From positions 41,602,001-41,666,000 of the forward strand of contig NC_043013.1 in assembly GCF_006345805.1 (NCBI RefSeq): a DNA stretch of 64,000 nt, written 5' to 3'. The notes beneath the pieces are model-generated. The model searched no databases, was not told the origin of the DNA, and saw nothing but the letters and a program-made list of their open reading frames with translations. This DNA comes from Octopus sinensis. Taxonomy: Eukaryota. Below, in pieces: positions 24,809 through 38,355 of this stretch; position 1 is the first letter of the stretch; every line of letters begins with the position of its first letter. Made by a program: the position numbers and the translations under genes.

Positions 24809-24959
24809 GGTTACTCTTCGCAAATGTTTAATATAATGGCACCTGGAATGAACAAGAATAATTACATTGTAAATTCCACACAGCTGAAAACATATTAAGA
24901 CGCTTAGATAAGAAATTTTGAGAATTAAAGATATCTATTTACTTCCTGCATGTCTGTGT

Positions 24960-25320
24960 ATAGAAATGTTTTCTACTATGACTTCGGGCTGACCAAAACC
25001 TTGTGAGTGATTTGGTAGACAGAAACTGAAAGAAGCCTGTTTTATATATATATGTGAGTGTATGTGTGTATGCGTGCGTGTGTTTGGGTGTGTTTATGTG
25101 TGTCTGTATTTGTCCTCCTGCCATCGCTTGACAACCGATGCTGGTGTGTTTATGTCTCCGTGGACTAGCGGTCCGACAAAAGATTCCGATGGAATAAGTA
25201 CTAAACTTACAAAGAAGAAGTCCTGTTGTCGATTTCTTCGACTAAAATGACCCTTTAAGGTGGTGCTCCAACATGGGCGCAGTCCAACGACTGAAACAAG
25301 AAAAACAATAAAACAATAAG
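24960..25320 (+). mobile_element. SINE family C (5'-truncated)
   Basis: CORE-like half, microsatellite and tail half. Confidence 0.75.
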
Positions 25321-25477
25321 ACAATATACACACATACATATACATGAATGCATACATATATATATATAGTTGGAATTTACTACAAAAAAAAAACAAAAAA
25401 CAAAATGAAACAAAAGACGAAGACGGGTGTGTAAACAACAAACAGATGTATTAGTTTAACGCTCGGGAAGTAAGAAA

Positions 25478-25515
25478 GTCTTTTACGTTTCGAGCCTACG
25501 CTCTTCAGCAGAAAG
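25478..25515 (-). ncRNA. Hammerhead-like variant motif in a PLE-type repeat end
   Basis: CUUUCUG-CUGAAGA-GCGUAGGCUC-GAAA-CG-UA-AAAG: core boxes are intact, but stems I and II are non-canonical. Confidence 0.4.
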
Positions 25516-26224
25516 GAACACAGAAATAAGGAATGAGAGAAAATTAAAAAAAGGTTTAGTGGCTAGCGATCAATACATACATATATGCATCAACGTGAGT
25601 GTTTGTACCTGTTTATATGTATGTGCTCGTGAAATAGAAATGAAGATGAGACATGCAAACATACAAGCACACACGCATGCTCAAATACGAAACACATGCG
25701 CACAATCTCAGCCCCACCCTAAAAATGAAACAAGAAAAACTAAGCAATAAACAGCGAGGCTATCTTCATTGGGACAATTCATGGAATCTATCTCAGAAAA
25801 TTTACAATTCGGCCCAAAAAAAAAGAAGAACCGGCAACAAGATAGCGAATAAGTTATACAATCAGCACTCAAGAGAACTATCTATCATACAGGATATCAT
25901 CGATTGATTTATATCGATTATTATCTTAGGGGTACAAGGCATATATATCTGTGATGGAAAAGGTTAAAGTTGATTGATTTGTATCATAATGGTTTTAACT
26001 ACCAAATCTCATCACCATCAGAATATTGACGGATGGGAAAGAGATAAGTGTATATATATATGTATGTGTAAGTATTTATGTATGCTTATATATATTCATG
26101 TATATGTATACACATGTGTGTGTCTGTATATGTACAGGTGTGTATATACATATACATACTTATGTACGTACATATACAGTACATATTATATATATATATA
26201 TATATACAGTACATATATATATTA

Positions 26225-26257
<33 letters not shown>

Positions 26258-26914
26258 CGTGTGTGTGTGTGTATACATATATATATACATACACATATAC
26301 ATATATATGTATATACATACACACAGATATATATACGTATATAATATACATATATATGTGTGTGTATGTATGTATGTACATATATATGTATATGTGTATC
26401 TATAAGTATATATGTATGTGTGTTTGTGTATATATTTCTGTGTCACTGTTTATGTATGTCTGCATGTATGTATGTATGTATGTATGTATGTATGTATGTA
26501 TGTATGTATGTATGTATGTGTGTATGTATGTATGTATACACACGCATACTTAAATAAATTTATATATTCTGTTTAGAAACAAACGTGCCGGATTTGATAG
26601 GCTTTCAAGTATATAGACTATAAAAAAAAGAAAAACATATCTAAAGATTGATATATCATTTGCCTCTCTGCTGTCTTGGTGATATATGTCTAGGGTCAAG
26701 TGAAAAACCACGACTGTGAGCATGGCTTCTGGAATGTTATCAGTAACTTGTATCAACGTCTCGGTCGGCCAACGCGGTTGGTTGCAAGACTATGTTAGCG
26801 TTATTCTATGTACGACGAGAAATGCGGATGAGCGACGGTGCATTCAGGGAAGGCAGGGACATCAAAAAAGGTTCAGCAAATCCCTGACTTTGTGGTGTGG
26901 TGCTGCAAATGTTC

Positions 26915-27418
26915 GTGGGGAGTCCTTTTGCCGAACTGCTACGTTACAGGGACATAAACACATTAACATCGGTTGTCAAGCGATGGTGGGGGACAAACAG
27001 ACACAAACATACAAATATATATATATATACATATGAATATATGTATATATATATGCGTATATACGTGTGTGTATATGTATATATATAATATCACCGGAAT
27101 CACCGCGACCGACCAGATATTTCTACACATCGCTGGTCACAATGCGCTTCGCATTGTTTTGTCCCTCAAAGGACGCCACCCTGCTGGCTAAGAGAGAAGG
27201 CCAACAGAAGAAAGAGTGAGAGAAAATTGTGGCGAAAGAGTAGAGCAGGGATCGCCACCACCCCCTGCTGGAGCCTCGTGGAGCTTTGGGTGTTTTCGCT
27301 CAATAAACACTCACAACACCCGGTTTGGGAATCGAAACCGCGATCCTACGACCACGAGTCCTGTACCCTAAGCACTGGGCCATTGCGTATATATATATAT
27401 ATATATATATATGAATTT

Positions 27419-27484
<66 letters not shown>

Positions 27485-27640
27485 GGATGGATAGATAGAT
27501 AGATAGATACGACGGTTTTCTTTCAGTTTCTCTTTGGTCTGCCCGAGGCTATAGTAGAAGACACATGGCCATGGTTTCGCGAAATGGGATTGAAACCTGA
27601 ACCATGTAGTTGGTAAGGAAACTTCTTACCAGACAGCCAT
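26915..27640 (-). mobile_element. SINE family C interrupted by a SINE family A copy (27095-27387)
   Basis: C tail ~26915-27010; A copy with reversed A/B boxes ending 27387; (GATA)n; C head half 27505-27640. Confidence 0.75.
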
Positions 27641-27778
27641 AGACATATATATAAAAGAAAAGGGTCCCTTTCGATCATGAATGACCATGGGATTGCACCT
27701 AGAAAGTTACCCTCCGAGGCCCAAATCCGGAAAAGATTGTAATAGAAGACGTTACCAACACACACACACACACACATA

Positions 27779-27865
<87 letters not shown>

Positions 27866-27874
27866 TATATATAT

Positions 27875-29425
27875 ACTAGCAGCTAAGCCGGTTTCACCCG
27901 GTCTGTTTGGATGATGTGGCTGTGATCGTTTTCGGTTAAGCATAATCTATAACAGCGTTTCTCAACCTTATCATTTCGGGTCCCCTTTTTCGATTGGAGC
28001 GTCCAGCTGTATGAAAATTTTCTGATTTTTCTCTCCCTTCTCAGAAAACAGCTTCAAGAGTTGTGAAGAACGTAGTCTGTTTTTCACAGCCATAGACATA
28101 TATTTTATTGGACCTCTGTCTAATCATAAAAACATTGATTTAATTATGAATATAGAAAGAAATTATACTTTAATCGCTATTTTTGTAAGCAGTTGTATCC
28201 GTAAAAATGTTATTTGAATGAGAAACTGTAACTGAAGATGAATATTATTAACCCCACAAAGATGTGAAAGAAGAGAGACAGCATAGCGAAAGTTTTAGCT
28301 GACTGTCATCCTGTACATCCCTTGTTGCTAGCGAAATGGTATATGCCGGCTGTGTGAGCAACTGGTTGTTTTAATGGCAGAACAAGCAGGGGTATTCCAT
28401 TAGAAAATTTTAATCGATTTTCTCAGTAAGTATGAAGGCTAGGAAAAAAATACAAACCGCATTCCAATCTATGCACCCGTCTGCACATGTGTTCCATTTT
28501 TCACTCAGTCATTTGGCTGTGAATCTCAAGACAAGAAAGAATATAACGATCGCCCATGTGCAATTTAGATTATACTAGCAGCTAAGCCCGGTTTCACCCG
28601 GTCTGTTTGGATGATGGGGCTGTGATCGTTTTAGGTTAGGCATATCTATAACAGTATTTCTCAACCTTATCCTTTCGGGTCCCCTTTTTCGATTGGAGCG
28701 TCCAGCTGTATGAAAATTTCCTGACCCGCCCCCCTTATCAGTAAACAGCTTCAGGAGTTGTGAAGAAAGAATTTGTATGTAGTCTGTTTCTGAGAGCTAT
28801 TCTATTGGACCTCTGTCTAATCACGTCTTTTGAGGTACACACATACATAGAAAATGGGAGGTCATGGTAGAAAATTTTTACGATCGTTGATGTATGGAAA
28901 AGATTACGTTAAATTTTTGAAATGAAAATATGTGAATGAAAATTAAGTTCAGACCTCCACGTGGTAGCTAGACCTGGTAGAAATAGTAGCCAAATCTCCC
29001 TCAAAACACCCTACTCTCTTAATCTGAGAATTCTGCCTATTATGGAGTTTGATTGAGAAACTGTTACTAAAGATGAATATTATTAACCCCACTAAGAAGT
29101 TAAAGAAGATAGGCAGCATAGCGAAAGTTTTGGCTGACTGTCATCCTGTACATCCCTTGTTGCTAGCGAAATGGTATATGCCGGCTGTGTGAGCAACTGA
29201 TTGTTTTAATGGCAGAACAAACAGGGGGATTCCATTAGAAAAAGTTTTATTCGTTTTTCTCGGAAAGTATGGGGGCTAGGAAAATAATGCATTCCAATTT
29301 ATGCACCCGTCTCCACATGTGTGCCATTTTTCACGTGAATCCACCCAGCCGTTTGGCTGTGAACCTCAAGACACGAAAGAATACAACGATCGCCCATGTC
29401 CAATTTATATTTTATATATATATAT
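27875..29425 (+). mobile_element. Head-to-tail dimer of a Helitron/Helentron-like non-autonomous element
   Basis: Units start ACTAGCAGCTAAGCC(C)GGTTTCACCCGGTC at 27875 and 28574 and end AACGATCGCCCATGT.CAATTTA. Unit 2 has an extra internal segment. The tandem is directly visible; the class is inferred from the termini. Confidence 0.55.
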
Positions 29426-29685
29426 ACACTCACATATATATTTATCTATGTACTATGTTTGTGTGTGTGTCTGTAGTTAGAGGAATACAAAAGGATCAGG
29501 TAAATATGCAATGTATGTTCCTTCTTCATTTATTTCATTTCATATTATGTTCTGTAACCAACAAATACTTTACTCTAAACTAAATGTATATTGTGCTCCA
29601 AGAGCAGGTCATCAGTATCGCCTTGCTTTATGTGTGTGTGTGTGTATAATGACTGCCTGCCTGTCTATTTGTCTATGTATGTACG

Positions 29686-29781
<96 letters not shown>

Positions 29782-29797
29782 GTAGTAAAAATATTAC

Positions 29798-29844
29798 AAA
29801 AGCAGTTACTCAGAGTTTCACGTTCCCGTTCGTCGGACGGTTTT
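29798..29844 (-). ncRNA. Minimal type I hammerhead, mutated copy
   Basis: AAAACCGU-CCGACGA-ACG(GGAA)CGU-GAAA-CUC-U-GAG-UA-ACUGCUUUU: U4 is changed to C and stem I has mismatches; the rest is canonical. Confidence 0.6.
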
Positions 29845-30007
29845 CTTTAACAGTTTTTGTGATATTTTTACTGCTTTTCAATAAAGCATATTACTCTACC
29901 TCTGGTATTCAAGTACTATTTCTTCCACTTTGTTTCACATTCATGTGCTTACTCTGGTATATATATATATATTGGAAGGTTTGGAGATGATGTACAGGTA
30001 TTATATA

Positions 30008-30586
30008 TTAGAAGAAATGAGGTAATCAGAAGATCGGACGGTTCATATTTACAGATATTTATTTATATATTACATTTTTTACATATATATATATCATATC
30101 ATTCAAATCATATCATTCAGATCATATCATTCAGATCATTAGCGCTTTCTCCCATTCTAGTGGGGTTTTCAAATCAAAATAATTCCTTTGTGGGGAATTT
30201 TAATCATTTTATAGAGTTTCGTAGTGGTGGGGAGGAACAAGATAGCACAAAAGGGTGAAGTGGATGAGGAGGAAGTGAGAGAGAGAACATGTGTGTATGT
30301 GTATGTGTGTGTGTGTGCGCGTTTGTATCTGAGGCTAAAGAGAAAGAGGGGAAGGGAGGGGGAAGAAGAAGAAGGATTTCCTTTGGCCTGCTGGAACCCC
30401 AAGGGAGTTCTAAGAATTTTAGCTTTTGTCCATTTTAGTGTCACTGAGTGTGTGTTGGTGGGTAGGCAGTCCATAAATTACACCTTTTATGATTTTGAGG
30501 ATGGTCAAATGCCATTTGGGGTCTAAGAACTCTTCTACTTTGTATGATCGTTTTGTGGAGGTGTGTGTGTATGTCTCTGTGTGTCC

Positions 30587-30634
<48 letters not shown>

Positions 30635-30987
30635 TGTCTGTGTGTTTGGAGAAGGGGAGAGAGACAAAAAGAGAAAAGGGAAAATAAAAATAAAAATAAA
30701 AATAAGGGAGGAAGGGGTGAAGAAAAAAAATTTTGTGTGTTGATATTTATACCACTACATATATATACACAGACTTATACATGAAATATTTGAAAAAAAC
30801 CTTTTATCGGTTCAAAATGAACAACCAAATTACACCATCTTGAAAATTGTATGTCATAGGAAAGTTAAAATTAAAGTGACAATTAAAAAGTAAAGATGGA
30901 AGTAAATTATAAAAATAATAATATAATGTATATAACAGGCAATATATATATATATACATACACACCCATATATATATATTATATATA

Positions 30988-31063
<76 letters not shown>

Positions 31064-32119
31064 TATATACATATACAGACATATACTAAATGTTCTACTA
31101 TATTAGAGGTAAATCGAAAGATGCGTCCTTCAATGTCACTATATATATACATGCTTACACATGAAATATTAGAAAAAAACCCACCTTCTATCGAATCAAA
31201 ATGAACAATCAAATTACACCATCATGAAAATTGCATATCATAGGAAGGTCATGAGCTGAAACTAAAGCAGAAGTAGTGAGAATCCTTTATATCTCGCACA
31301 CACACACACACACACGCGCACGCACGCACGCACGCACTCTCCCTTATACACTCTTATCATACACATACTCTTCTTCTCACTCTCTTTCTCACATACTCAC
31401 ATACACTCTTTGTCCTCACTCTCTTTCTCACATACATATACTCTTACTCTCTCTCTCTGTCTCTCAATATATAGGCGTGTGTGTATATATATGTTACCTG
31501 TTATATACATTATATTGTTTTTGTAATTTACTTGATCTTTACTTGCCAATTGTCATTCTAATTTTAACCATCCTATGATATGCAATTTTCATGATGGTGT
31601 AATTTGATTGTTCATTTTGATTCGATAGAAGGTGGGTTTTTTTCTAATATTTCATGTGTAAGCATGTATATATATATATATATAGATATAGTGACATTGA
31701 AGGACGCATCTTTCGATTTACAATCTAATATAGTAGAACATTTAGTATATGTCTGTATGTGTATATATATATATATATATATGTGTGTATGTATATATAT
31801 ATATATATATTGCCTGTTATATACATTATATTATTATTCTTATAATTTTCTTCCATATTTACTCTTTAATTGTCACTTTAATTTTAACTTTCCTATGATA
31901 TACAATTTTCAAGATGGTGTAATTTGGTTGTTCATTTTGAACAGATAAAAGGTTTTTTTTTCAAATATTTCATGTATAAGTCTGTGTATATATATGTAGT
32001 GGTATAAATATCAATACACAAAAATTTTTTTTTCTTCTCCCCTTCCTCCCTTATTTTTATTTTTATTTTTATTTTCCCTTTTCTCTTTTTGTCTCTCTCC
32101 CCTTCTCCAAACACACAGA

Positions 32120-32160
<41 letters not shown>

Positions 32161-32427
32161 ACCGACACACAGAGACACACACACACACCTCCACAGTACG
32201 ATCATTCAAAGTAGAAGAGTTCTTAGACCCCAAATGGCATTTGACCATCCTCAAAATCATAAAAGGTGTAATTTATGGCCTGCCTACCCACCAACACACA
32301 CTCAGTGACGCTAAAATGGACAAAAGCTAAAAATTCTTAGAACTCCCTTGGGGGTCCAGCAGGCCAAAGGAAATCCTTCTTCTTCTTCCCTCTTCCTTCC
32401 CCTCTTTCTCTTTAGCCTCAGATACAA

Positions 32428-32481
<54 letters not shown>

Positions 32482-32770
32482 ATACACACATGTTCTCTCT
32501 CCCACTTCCTCCTCATCCACTTCACCCTCTTGTGTTATCTTGTTCCTCCCCACCACTACGAAACTCTATAAAATGATTAAAATTCCCCACAAAGGAATTA
32601 TTTTGATTTGAAAACCCCACTAGAATGGGAGAAAGCGCTAATGATCTGAATGATATGATCTGAATGAATGATCTGAATGATATGATATATATATATGTAA
32701 AAAAGTAATATATAAATAAATATCTGTAAATATGAACCATCCGATCTTCTGATTACCTCATTTCTTCTAA
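30008..32770. repeat. ~2.8 kb palindrome: ~1.2 kb arms (30008-31248, 31568-32770), 319-bp spacer
   Basis: Arms are reverse complements, with scattered substitutions and microsatellite length differences. Confidence 0.95.
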
Positions 32771-32775
32771 CATAT

Positions 32776-32826
<51 letters not shown>

Positions 32827-32907
32827 TATATATAGTATATTATACAAGCTGGTTGAGAATCATACCGACAGAGGGATAGATAGATAGATAGATAGATAGA
32901 TAGACAA

Positions 32908-32954
<47 letters not shown>

Positions 32955-32971
32955 TATAGATAGATAGATAG

Positions 32972-33040
<69 letters not shown>

Positions 33041-33382
33041 TGCAGACATATGGACAGACTGACAGACAGACAGACAGACAAGTAGGCAGGCAGACAGTGT
33101 ATTCAATATTGCTTTGTGTTTGTATGTACAAGCAAATATGAATCTGCAGAAATTATTGCTGATCTGAAATCGACTCGCATGAAAAATGTATGGCAATTTG
33201 TGAAATCTATTTGTAATTGGTGCGTGTTGTGTCTTCACACATTGGTCTTTGATGTTCCAATTGTGCCAGATTTCAAAGCACCAGGAGAGAGAAGAAAAAA
33301 ACATTGCATACCAAACGTGATCAGACCTCGATAATGAGTGAAATTATTCAAGAAGGATTTATGTCGTACTCGTTCGTGAGAA

Positions 33383-33460
33383 TGAGCTGAAACTAAAGCA
33401 GAAGTAATGAGAATCCTTTATATCTCGCACGCACACACACACACACACACACAACACACA

Positions 33461-33492
<32 letters not shown>

Positions 33493-33620
33493 CTCTCCCT
33501 TATACACTCTCTCTCATCATACACATACTCTTCCTCTCCCTCTCTTTCTCTCATACTCACATACACTCTTTGTCCTCACTCTCTTTCTCACATACATATA
33601 CTCTTACTCTCTCTCTCTCT
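33383..33620. repeat. Direct duplicate of the palindrome spacer start (31250-31470)
   Basis: ATGAGCTGAAACTAAAGCAGAAGTA.TGAGAATCCTTTATATCTCGCAC... occurs in both places. Confidence 0.9.
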
Positions 33621-36019
33621 CAATCATCTTTCTCCCTATATTAGTCACCATTTATCTCTCTATCTCTCTATCTCTCTTTCTCTGTCTCTCTCTGTCTCTC
33701 TCTCTGTCTCTCTCTCTTTCTCTGTCTCCCTCAGCTCACTCTCAATCTTCTCTCTCCCTTTATCTGCCACCCTTTATAGATCTCTCTCTCTCTCTCTTTC
33801 TCTACCACTCTCCCTCTCTCTCTCTCTCTCACTCAGCTCTTTCTGAATCTTCTCCCTCCCTTTATCTGTCACCTTTTCTCTCTCTCCCTCCCTCGCTCCC
33901 TCTCTCTCTGTCTCTCTCTCCCTCCCCCTCTCTCTCTCCCTCTGTCTTTCTCTCTCCCATGTACGCATATTTACACACGCACACTCAAACATTGATGAAA
34001 CCGATTTCCGTGGCCTACTCGGTTTCTTCTCTACCATTTTTTCATTATTATCATCAGACCTCAGAGCTTGAGGCCAGGTTCTATTGCTTACAACGAAAGG
34101 AACTTTGCTAAAGACACTCCAGTGGCGAGATGGTCATCTCAGGCCAGGTGACAGATAAATCTAGCACGGCACCATGCATCTCCCTCCTAACCCACCTCAT
34201 GTCCATTCCAGTACTCTACTTCCAGTACAGCCTACTACATTCACTGCCACCCTCTGCTACCATTGTAGCACTCTCTTTTCCGCTACCCCTTTTGTTTTCA
34301 CCACCCCTCGCTGCTTCCACTGTATCATTCCACATCTACATTCCCGCTCTGCCTCCACGACACCTTACTTTCACAACATCACCCTATTTCCGGTACATGA
34401 CAAGACTTCCGTTACACCACGCTACTTCCACTACTTCTCTCTGTTTCCCCTCCTCTCCCTACTTCTTCTCTCCCACACTGTTTCTTACTCCACCTTTCTA
34501 TTTACACAGCATCACCTTATTTCCACTCCACCAGCCGATTTCAACTATACCTTACCGCTTTTGCTTCTACTACTTTCTGTACCCCAACCGACCTCTGCTT
34601 CTCCATCCTACTTCCGCAACACCTCCCGATCTTAGCTATAACGCCTCCTTCCTTCAAACGAGAAGGAAGAGCTATTTTCATCATACTTGTGGCTATGGCG
34701 AAAGAATGTATCTGGTGGACGCGTCTGAAAGGATCGGAGACAAACACTTTCCTTTCATCAACTTCTTTAAGTATCACTTGAAAAGGAAAGTGAGAGTAGA
34801 GAGGCAAGTTTTGTCTAACGAATGTTTAAAAAAAAAGATGGGTGAATGTAGCAAGGATGACACGTATGAATGACGAAGCCACCTTGAGCATAATCCTATG
34901 AACCCGGAAAAATTTAAAACAGAGAGTTACTTACTTGTAAATAAATGTGTTAACATGTGACATTATTGACCGAGGTTACCGTGGTCTTTTCCGTAGGCTT
35001 TTTTTCCCACGGATAAACTTTATCTGCTTCCCCCTTTACACTTTACATCATGACATTTCTGTGATACACGATCCCTATTGATCTTTTTTCTTTCCTTTTT
35101 ACGATCCCTTTTGATCGAAAACCTACGCCACTTTTTTTTCCCCAAAAAGAAAAGCTCTACGTTGTAATTTGTCCCGTCTGTGCTCAGCCCTGGGTGGCTA
35201 ATAAAGAAACATATACTACCCAATTCCAGTATTGCATCATGTTTCTACAGTGCCACACAACGAACTAACCAACGGGAGATCGCCTACACAAGTAGCTAGA
35301 AATAACCACCAAATTCTTCTCAGTTCGTACAATTTAAAATAAAGATACATACAAAATGAAAGAAAAAAGAAAAGTAAAACATATGGTTCAAATTTGGAAT
35401 ACCTTTGATCATAGGTTTACTCAGTCATGACTAATCAAGGGTTAACAATACATACAGGGGTGATACTTGCTATCAGAGAAAATCAGTGAAAGACCATGAG
35501 ACGTGGGTTCATAGATGATGTAACGGGTCTGATGAGCTTATTGTGGGGTGGACTTGACTAGACTGTTCATCATGAACCACATCATGGTACCTGTTACAGA
35601 GCCAGAGAGGTGGGTGCAATAGCAACATGCACTAAACTAATCCACGTTGAGGACGCTGGTTAATTTGACATCCATATTCCACACCCGTTATTCCAGTTTA
35701 CTTAAAACAGTGGCCCTCAACCGTTTTATACTCATGAATCTCTCTGATTCCTATTTTATTCCGGTGGACTCTCATACCCATTTGATGTTCAAGAAATCCT
35801 ATTATATTGTAATTTTCTGATTAAATATTATTAGGAATTTTATTTTTAAAATTGCTGGAATATTTTGTGTTTTGTAGGAATATTATAAGCGATTTATTGC
35901 ACACAAATTTTAACGACAAATTCTTATATGGATCCCCAAGGGTCATCATACGAAACCCAGTTAGGAACAACGGATTTAAATTAACAAAATATTTTCTCCA
36001 CCTCTCTCCCTGTTTCTTT

Positions 36020-36068
36020 CTATCTATCTATCCATCCAGTCATCCATTCATCTATCTATCTATTTATC

Positions 36069-36140
<72 letters not shown>

Positions 36141-36191
36141 ATCTATCTATCTATCTATCTATCTATCCATCCATCCATCCATTCATTCATC

Positions 36192-36222
<31 letters not shown>

Positions 36223-36282
36223 CTATTTATCTATCTACCTACCTACCTACCTACCTACCTACCTACCTACCTACCTACCTAC

Positions 36283-36321
<39 letters not shown>

Positions 36322-36843
36322 GCTCCCCTCCTTATGTCTCCGTCCGTTTTATTCTCGGCTTTACCTATCTCTCCCTTCTCCCTCTGCTTCCTTCGCTCAT
36401 CCACCTTCTCCTTCTCTCTCTCTCCCTCTCTCTCTCTCCCTCCCCCCCCCTCTCTCTCTCTAGTCCCCCGTTTTTGCTGTTTTCACTTAATTCACGTTGC
36501 TAATATCGTTCAAGAAAAACGCATGAATGTCACGCAATATTATTACCCATACCGTCACTACCGCCTAAACCACCACCACCACCACCACCACCACCACCAC
36601 TACCACCGACACCTAAACCACTACAACCAACATAATCACCGCCGTCATCACCATCAAAAATCACCAACACCGCCACTGACACCATGACCATCAGCACCGG
36701 CACCATCCACTTATTTTATGCATTTATTTTATTTACTATAATCAACATCACCATCACCACCACCACCATCATCATCATCATCGTTATTATTATTATTATT
36801 ACTATTTTTTATTTTTATTTTTATTTTTTTTTTATTATTATTA

Positions 36844-36874
<31 letters not shown>

Positions 36875-36918
36875 GTAATATTATTGCTATTATTATTATT
36901 ATTATTTATTATTATTAA

Positions 36919-36990
<72 letters not shown>

Positions 36991-36991
36991 A

Positions 36992-37083
<92 letters not shown>

Positions 37084-37105
37084 GTGTTGTTGTTATTATT
37101 ATTAT
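36020..37105. repeat. (ATCT)/(ACCT)n, (CAC)n and (TAT)n microsatellite blocks
   Basis: Direct runs at ~36020-36320, ~36570-36780 and ~36780-37105. Confidence 0.9.
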
Positions 37106-37286
37106 TGTGGTTAAGCTTCCGTCCGTGCTGGAAATCAATTTTCCGAAACGATTCATCACATCAACTCTGTTGTGTTCCATGCAGAATGAAAGACAAGCAA
37201 AGTTGGATGTCCGCGGTCCATGTCGTAATATATCAAATCCACAACAAAAACAAAAACAAAAACAAAAAGAAAGAAAGAAAAAACGA

Positions 37287-37332
<46 letters not shown>

Positions 37333-37379
37333 CAGTGAGAGAGACAGTGAGTGAGTGAGAGATCTTTTATTCAGAGCAC

Positions 37380-37665
37380 CACTTGGGCTAGCTGGCGAAT
37401 ACGCCATCCTCGACAAAACAGCAACAACAACAACAACAGCAACAACAACGACAATCAGAAGTAAAAATAAAGTAAAAAGAGAAAAAAGAAGAAGCTAAGC
37501 AAACAAGAATAAAAAAAAAGACGAGGAAATATGATAGAAAGGATTTGGAAATGTGAAGAAACGACATTAACGTGTGAAGGCATCTAATGACAGCCAATCA
37601 AATCGTGGCGTGACATTAATAACACGAAGGATCGAAGGAGCATTGGGAAAAAGCGGCGGCCATAT
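37380..37665. promoter_or_regulatory. Candidate promoter segment (CCAAT, YY1-like motifs)
   Basis: AGCCAATCA with CCAAT at 37594-37598; CGCCATC 37402-37408; CGGCCAT 37657-37663; non-repetitive and CpG-containing. Confidence 0.3.
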
Positions 37666-37679
37666 AGAGCGTGCGGGTG

Positions 37680-37894
37680 GAGATGTAGTAGTAGTATTAG
37701 TGGTGGTGGTGGTGGTGGTGGTGGTGGTGGTGGTGGTGATAACAGCATTAGAAGTGGTAATAGTATCAGTAGTGGTGCTTGTGATTATTGTGGCGGTGGT
37801 GGTAGTAGTATGGTAGTGGTGGTGGTGGTGGTGGTGGTGGTGTGGTGGTGATGGTGGTGATGGCGGTGATGTGTTGTAGTAGTAGTAGTAGTAT

Positions 37895-37934
<40 letters not shown>

Positions 37935-38190
37935 GGTGGTGGTGGTGGTGGTAACAGCATTAGAATTGGTTATAGTATCAGTAGTGGTGCTTGTGGTTAT
38001 TGTGGCGGTGGTAGTAGTATGGTAGTAGTGGTGGTGGGGATGGGTGGTGGTGGTGGTGGTGGTGGTCCTGGTAGTGGTGCTGGTAGTGATGATGATGATG
38101 GTGGTGGTGGTGATGGTGGTGATGGTGACGGTGATAGTGGCAATGGTAGCGGTAGAGGAGATAATGATGATGATCGAAGCAGCAGTAGTT

Positions 38191-38239
<49 letters not shown>

Positions 38240-38273
38240 CGGTAGCAGCAGCAGCAGTATTAGTAGTAGTAGT

Positions 38274-38352
<79 letters not shown>
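37680..38352. repeat. (GGT)/(AGT)/(AGC)/(GAT)n trinucleotide mosaic
   Basis: Direct runs, with an internal ~200-bp imperfect duplication (37730-37800 vs 37945-38030). Confidence 0.9.

Positions 38353-38355
<3 letters not shown>

Noticed and set aside
34020-34070. Hammerhead at CUGAUGA...GAAA (minus, near 34060)
   Set aside because: Core words are present, but stems I, II and III do not pair.
34130-34873. 247-aa ORF
   Set aside because: Mostly C/T-rich low-complexity sequence with no recognisable domain.
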